From Mobula hypostoma (lineage: Eukaryota): a stretch of 64,000 nt of DNA. The stretch covers positions 4,898,001-4,962,000 of the forward strand of contig NC_086098.1 in assembly GCF_963921235.1 (NCBI RefSeq), written 5' to 3'. Of this stretch, positions 61,703 through 64,000 are shown piece after piece. How positions within the stretch are numbered: position 1 is the first letter of the stretch; each line of letters begins with the position of its first letter. A program made the position numbers and the translations under genes. A model generated the notes under the pieces. It worked only from the letters and a program-made list of their open reading frames with translations, was not told the origin of the DNA and did not search any database.

Positions 61703-63325
61703 TGATAAGCTTGAGCATGTAGATATTAAGAAAGAGAATGTGCTGGAGCTTTTGGAAAGCATTAAGTTGGATAAGTCACCAGGACCGGACGAGATGTACC
61801 CTAGGCTACTGTGGGAGGCGTGGGAGGAGATTGCTGAGTTTCTGGTGATGATCTTTGCATCATCAATGGGGACAGAAGAGGTTCCAGAGCATTGGAGGGT
61901 TGCGGATGTTGTTCCCTTATTCCAGAAAGGGAATAGAGATAGCCCAGGAGATTATAGACCAGTGAGTCTTACTTCAATGGTTGGTAAGTTGATGGAAAAG
62001 ATCTTGAGAGGCAAGATTTATGAACATTTGGAGAGGTATAATATGATTAGGAATAATCAGCATGGCTTTGTCAAGGGCAGGTCGTGCCTTACGAGCCTGA
62101 TTGAATGTTTTGAGGATGTAACTAAGCACATTAATGAAGATAGAGCAGTAGATATAGTGTATATGGATTTCAGCAAGGCATTTGATAAGGAACCCCATGC
62201 CAGGCTTATTGAGAAAGTAAGGAGGCATGTGATCCGAGGGGAAATTGCTTTGTACGTCCAGAACTGGCTTGCCCATAGAAGGCAAAGAGTGGTTGTAGAC
62301 GGGTCATATTCTGCATGGAGGTCTGTCACCAGTGGTGTGCCTCAGGGATCTGTTCTGGGACCCCCACTCCTTGTGATTTTTATAAATGACTTAGATGAAG
62401 AAGTGGAGCGATGGGTTAGTAAATTTGCTGATGACACAAAGGTTGGGGATGCTGTGGATAGTGTGGAGGGCTGTCAGAGGTTACAGCAGGACATTGATAG
62501 GCTGCAAAACTGGGCTGAGAAGTGGAAGATGGAGTTCAACCCAAATAAGTGTGAGGTGGTTCATTTTGGTAGGTTAAATATGATGACAGAATATAGTATT
62601 AATGGGAAGTCTCTTGGCAGTGTGGAGGATCAGAGGGATCTTGAGGTTCGAGTCCATAGGACACTCAAAGCTGCTGCGCAGGTTGACTCTGTGGTTAAGA
62701 AAGCATATGTTGCATTGGCCTTCGTCAATTGTGGGATTGAGTTTAGGACCCAGAAGGTAATGTTGCAGCTATATAGGACCCTGGTTAGACCCCACTTGGA
62801 GTACTATGCTCATTTCTGGTTGCCTCACTACAGGAAGGATGTGGAAACCATAGAAAGGGTGCAGAGGAGATTTACAAGGATGTTGCCTGGATTAGGGAGT
62901 GTGCCTTATAAGAATAGGTTAAGTGAACTCAGCCTTTTTCCTTGGAGCGACGGAGGGTGAGAGGTGACCTGATAGAGGTGTAGAATATGATGAGAGATAT
63001 TGATCGTGTGGATAGCCAGAGGCTTTTTCCCAAGGCTGAAGTGGCTAGCATGAGAGGGCACAGCTTTAAGTTGCTTGGACGTAGGTACAGAGGAGATGTC
63101 AGGGGTAAGTTTTTTATGCAGACAGTGGTGAGTGCGTGGAATGGGCTGCCAGCGACGGTGGTGGAGGCGGATACAATAGGGTCTTTTAAAAGACTCCTGG
63201 ACAGGTACATGGAGCTCAGAAAAATAGAGGGCTATGTGTAACCCTAGGTAATTTCTAAGGTAAGGATATGTTCAGCACAGCTTTGTGGGCCGAAGGGCCT
63301 GTATTGTGCTGTAGGCTTTCTGTTT
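61703..63325 (+). mobile_element. 5'-truncated CR1 LINE (RT), inserted into an opposite-strand CR1 fragment
   Basis: ORF 61740..62960 with YMDFSKAFD and FADD; same subfamily as 5543-7371. Confidence 0.93.
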
Positions 63326-63458
63326 CTTTCAATCTTGTTTACATCTTTCCTACAGGTAGGTGACCAAAACTGCACACAAAATTCCATATAGGCCTCACAA
63401 AAGTCTTATACAATCTCAATAAAATGTTCCATCTTCTGTACAAAATACATTGATTTAA

Positions 63459-63549
63459 CTGATAGCAGTGTCCCTGGGTTCATTGTCCATTCACAAATCT
63501 GATGGCAGTGTCCATGGGTTCATTGTCCATTCAGAAATCTAATGGCAGA
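63459..63549. repeat. 40-bp tandem repeat, ~2.3 copies
   Basis: ctgat(a/g)gcagtgtcc(c/a)tgggttcattgtccattca(c/g)aaat repeated. Confidence 0.85.
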
Positions 63550-64000
63550 GGACTAAGTTGACGTAGTGCAATACAAACCCTCACACCATTTTTCGCCTAA
63601 GTTATTTCCCTTGCATCTTTCTTTCTAGGTAGATCTGAGTTCTTCCTTGGTCTAATTGGTCCACATTGGTCTAATATATCTTTACATTTCCCTTATTTGA
63701 TTCTACACATTGGTACAGCACGACTCAAATCCCAGAGTTTCCATCTCTCAAACAGTTGTGTGATAATAGTCTATTAAATTGGCTAGGTGACACCAACCCA
63801 GAATTGGGTCACTGTAAATTTCCTTTGTTCATTCAATCATGGCCACTCAATTGAAGGCCTCCCTGTTGGTTGAGCCGACCATGGAATTTGCGGCCTGGCT
63901 ATCAACATCATATTCAAGCCGGGGCAGTACTATCATGTAGCAGACTCCCCCTCTCCACGCAGCTGATGGACCCAAAGGAACGCAGAGTCTGATAAAGTGG

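Noticed and set aside
63459..63549. CRISPR-like array
   Set aside because: Head-to-tail 40-bp duplication with no unique spacers, in eukaryotic DNA with no cas genes.

Overview
Eukaryotic, repeat-dense vertebrate DNA. The repeat families (CR1/HER1-type LINEs, HE1/V-SINE-like SINEs) suggest a cartilaginous fish, probably a ray; this is inference. Two host loci lie on the minus strand. (1) The 5' part of UFL1 (E3 UFM1-protein ligase 1): coding exons 1-8 from 46113 down to 1254, all with GT-AG junctions, splicing into an uninterrupted 802-nt frame that continues off the left edge. (2) A single-coding-exon FUT9-like alpha-1,3-fucosyltransferase (60352-59291) broken only by one in-frame TGA. Almost everything else is transposable element, often nested: many CR1 LINEs (two nearly full length with esterase ORF1), Rex1/Babar-like LINE pieces, two IR/DR-type Tc1 transposons, a pogo/Tigger derivative, tiny palindromic MITEs, an internally deleted Gmr1-type Ty3/Gypsy element (SCAN-like gag, INT before RT) with both LTRs, a related solo LTR, and Penelope-like elements. 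The most notable hidden structure is a dispersed set of minimal type I hammerhead-ribozyme motifs in the Penelope repeats. One Penelope insertion has a 16-bp TSD and ~570-bp inverted arms and sits next to the 29-nt UFL1 exon 3. I found no convincing wholly new protein-coding system; most six-frame ORFs are TE fragments or their antisense shadows.
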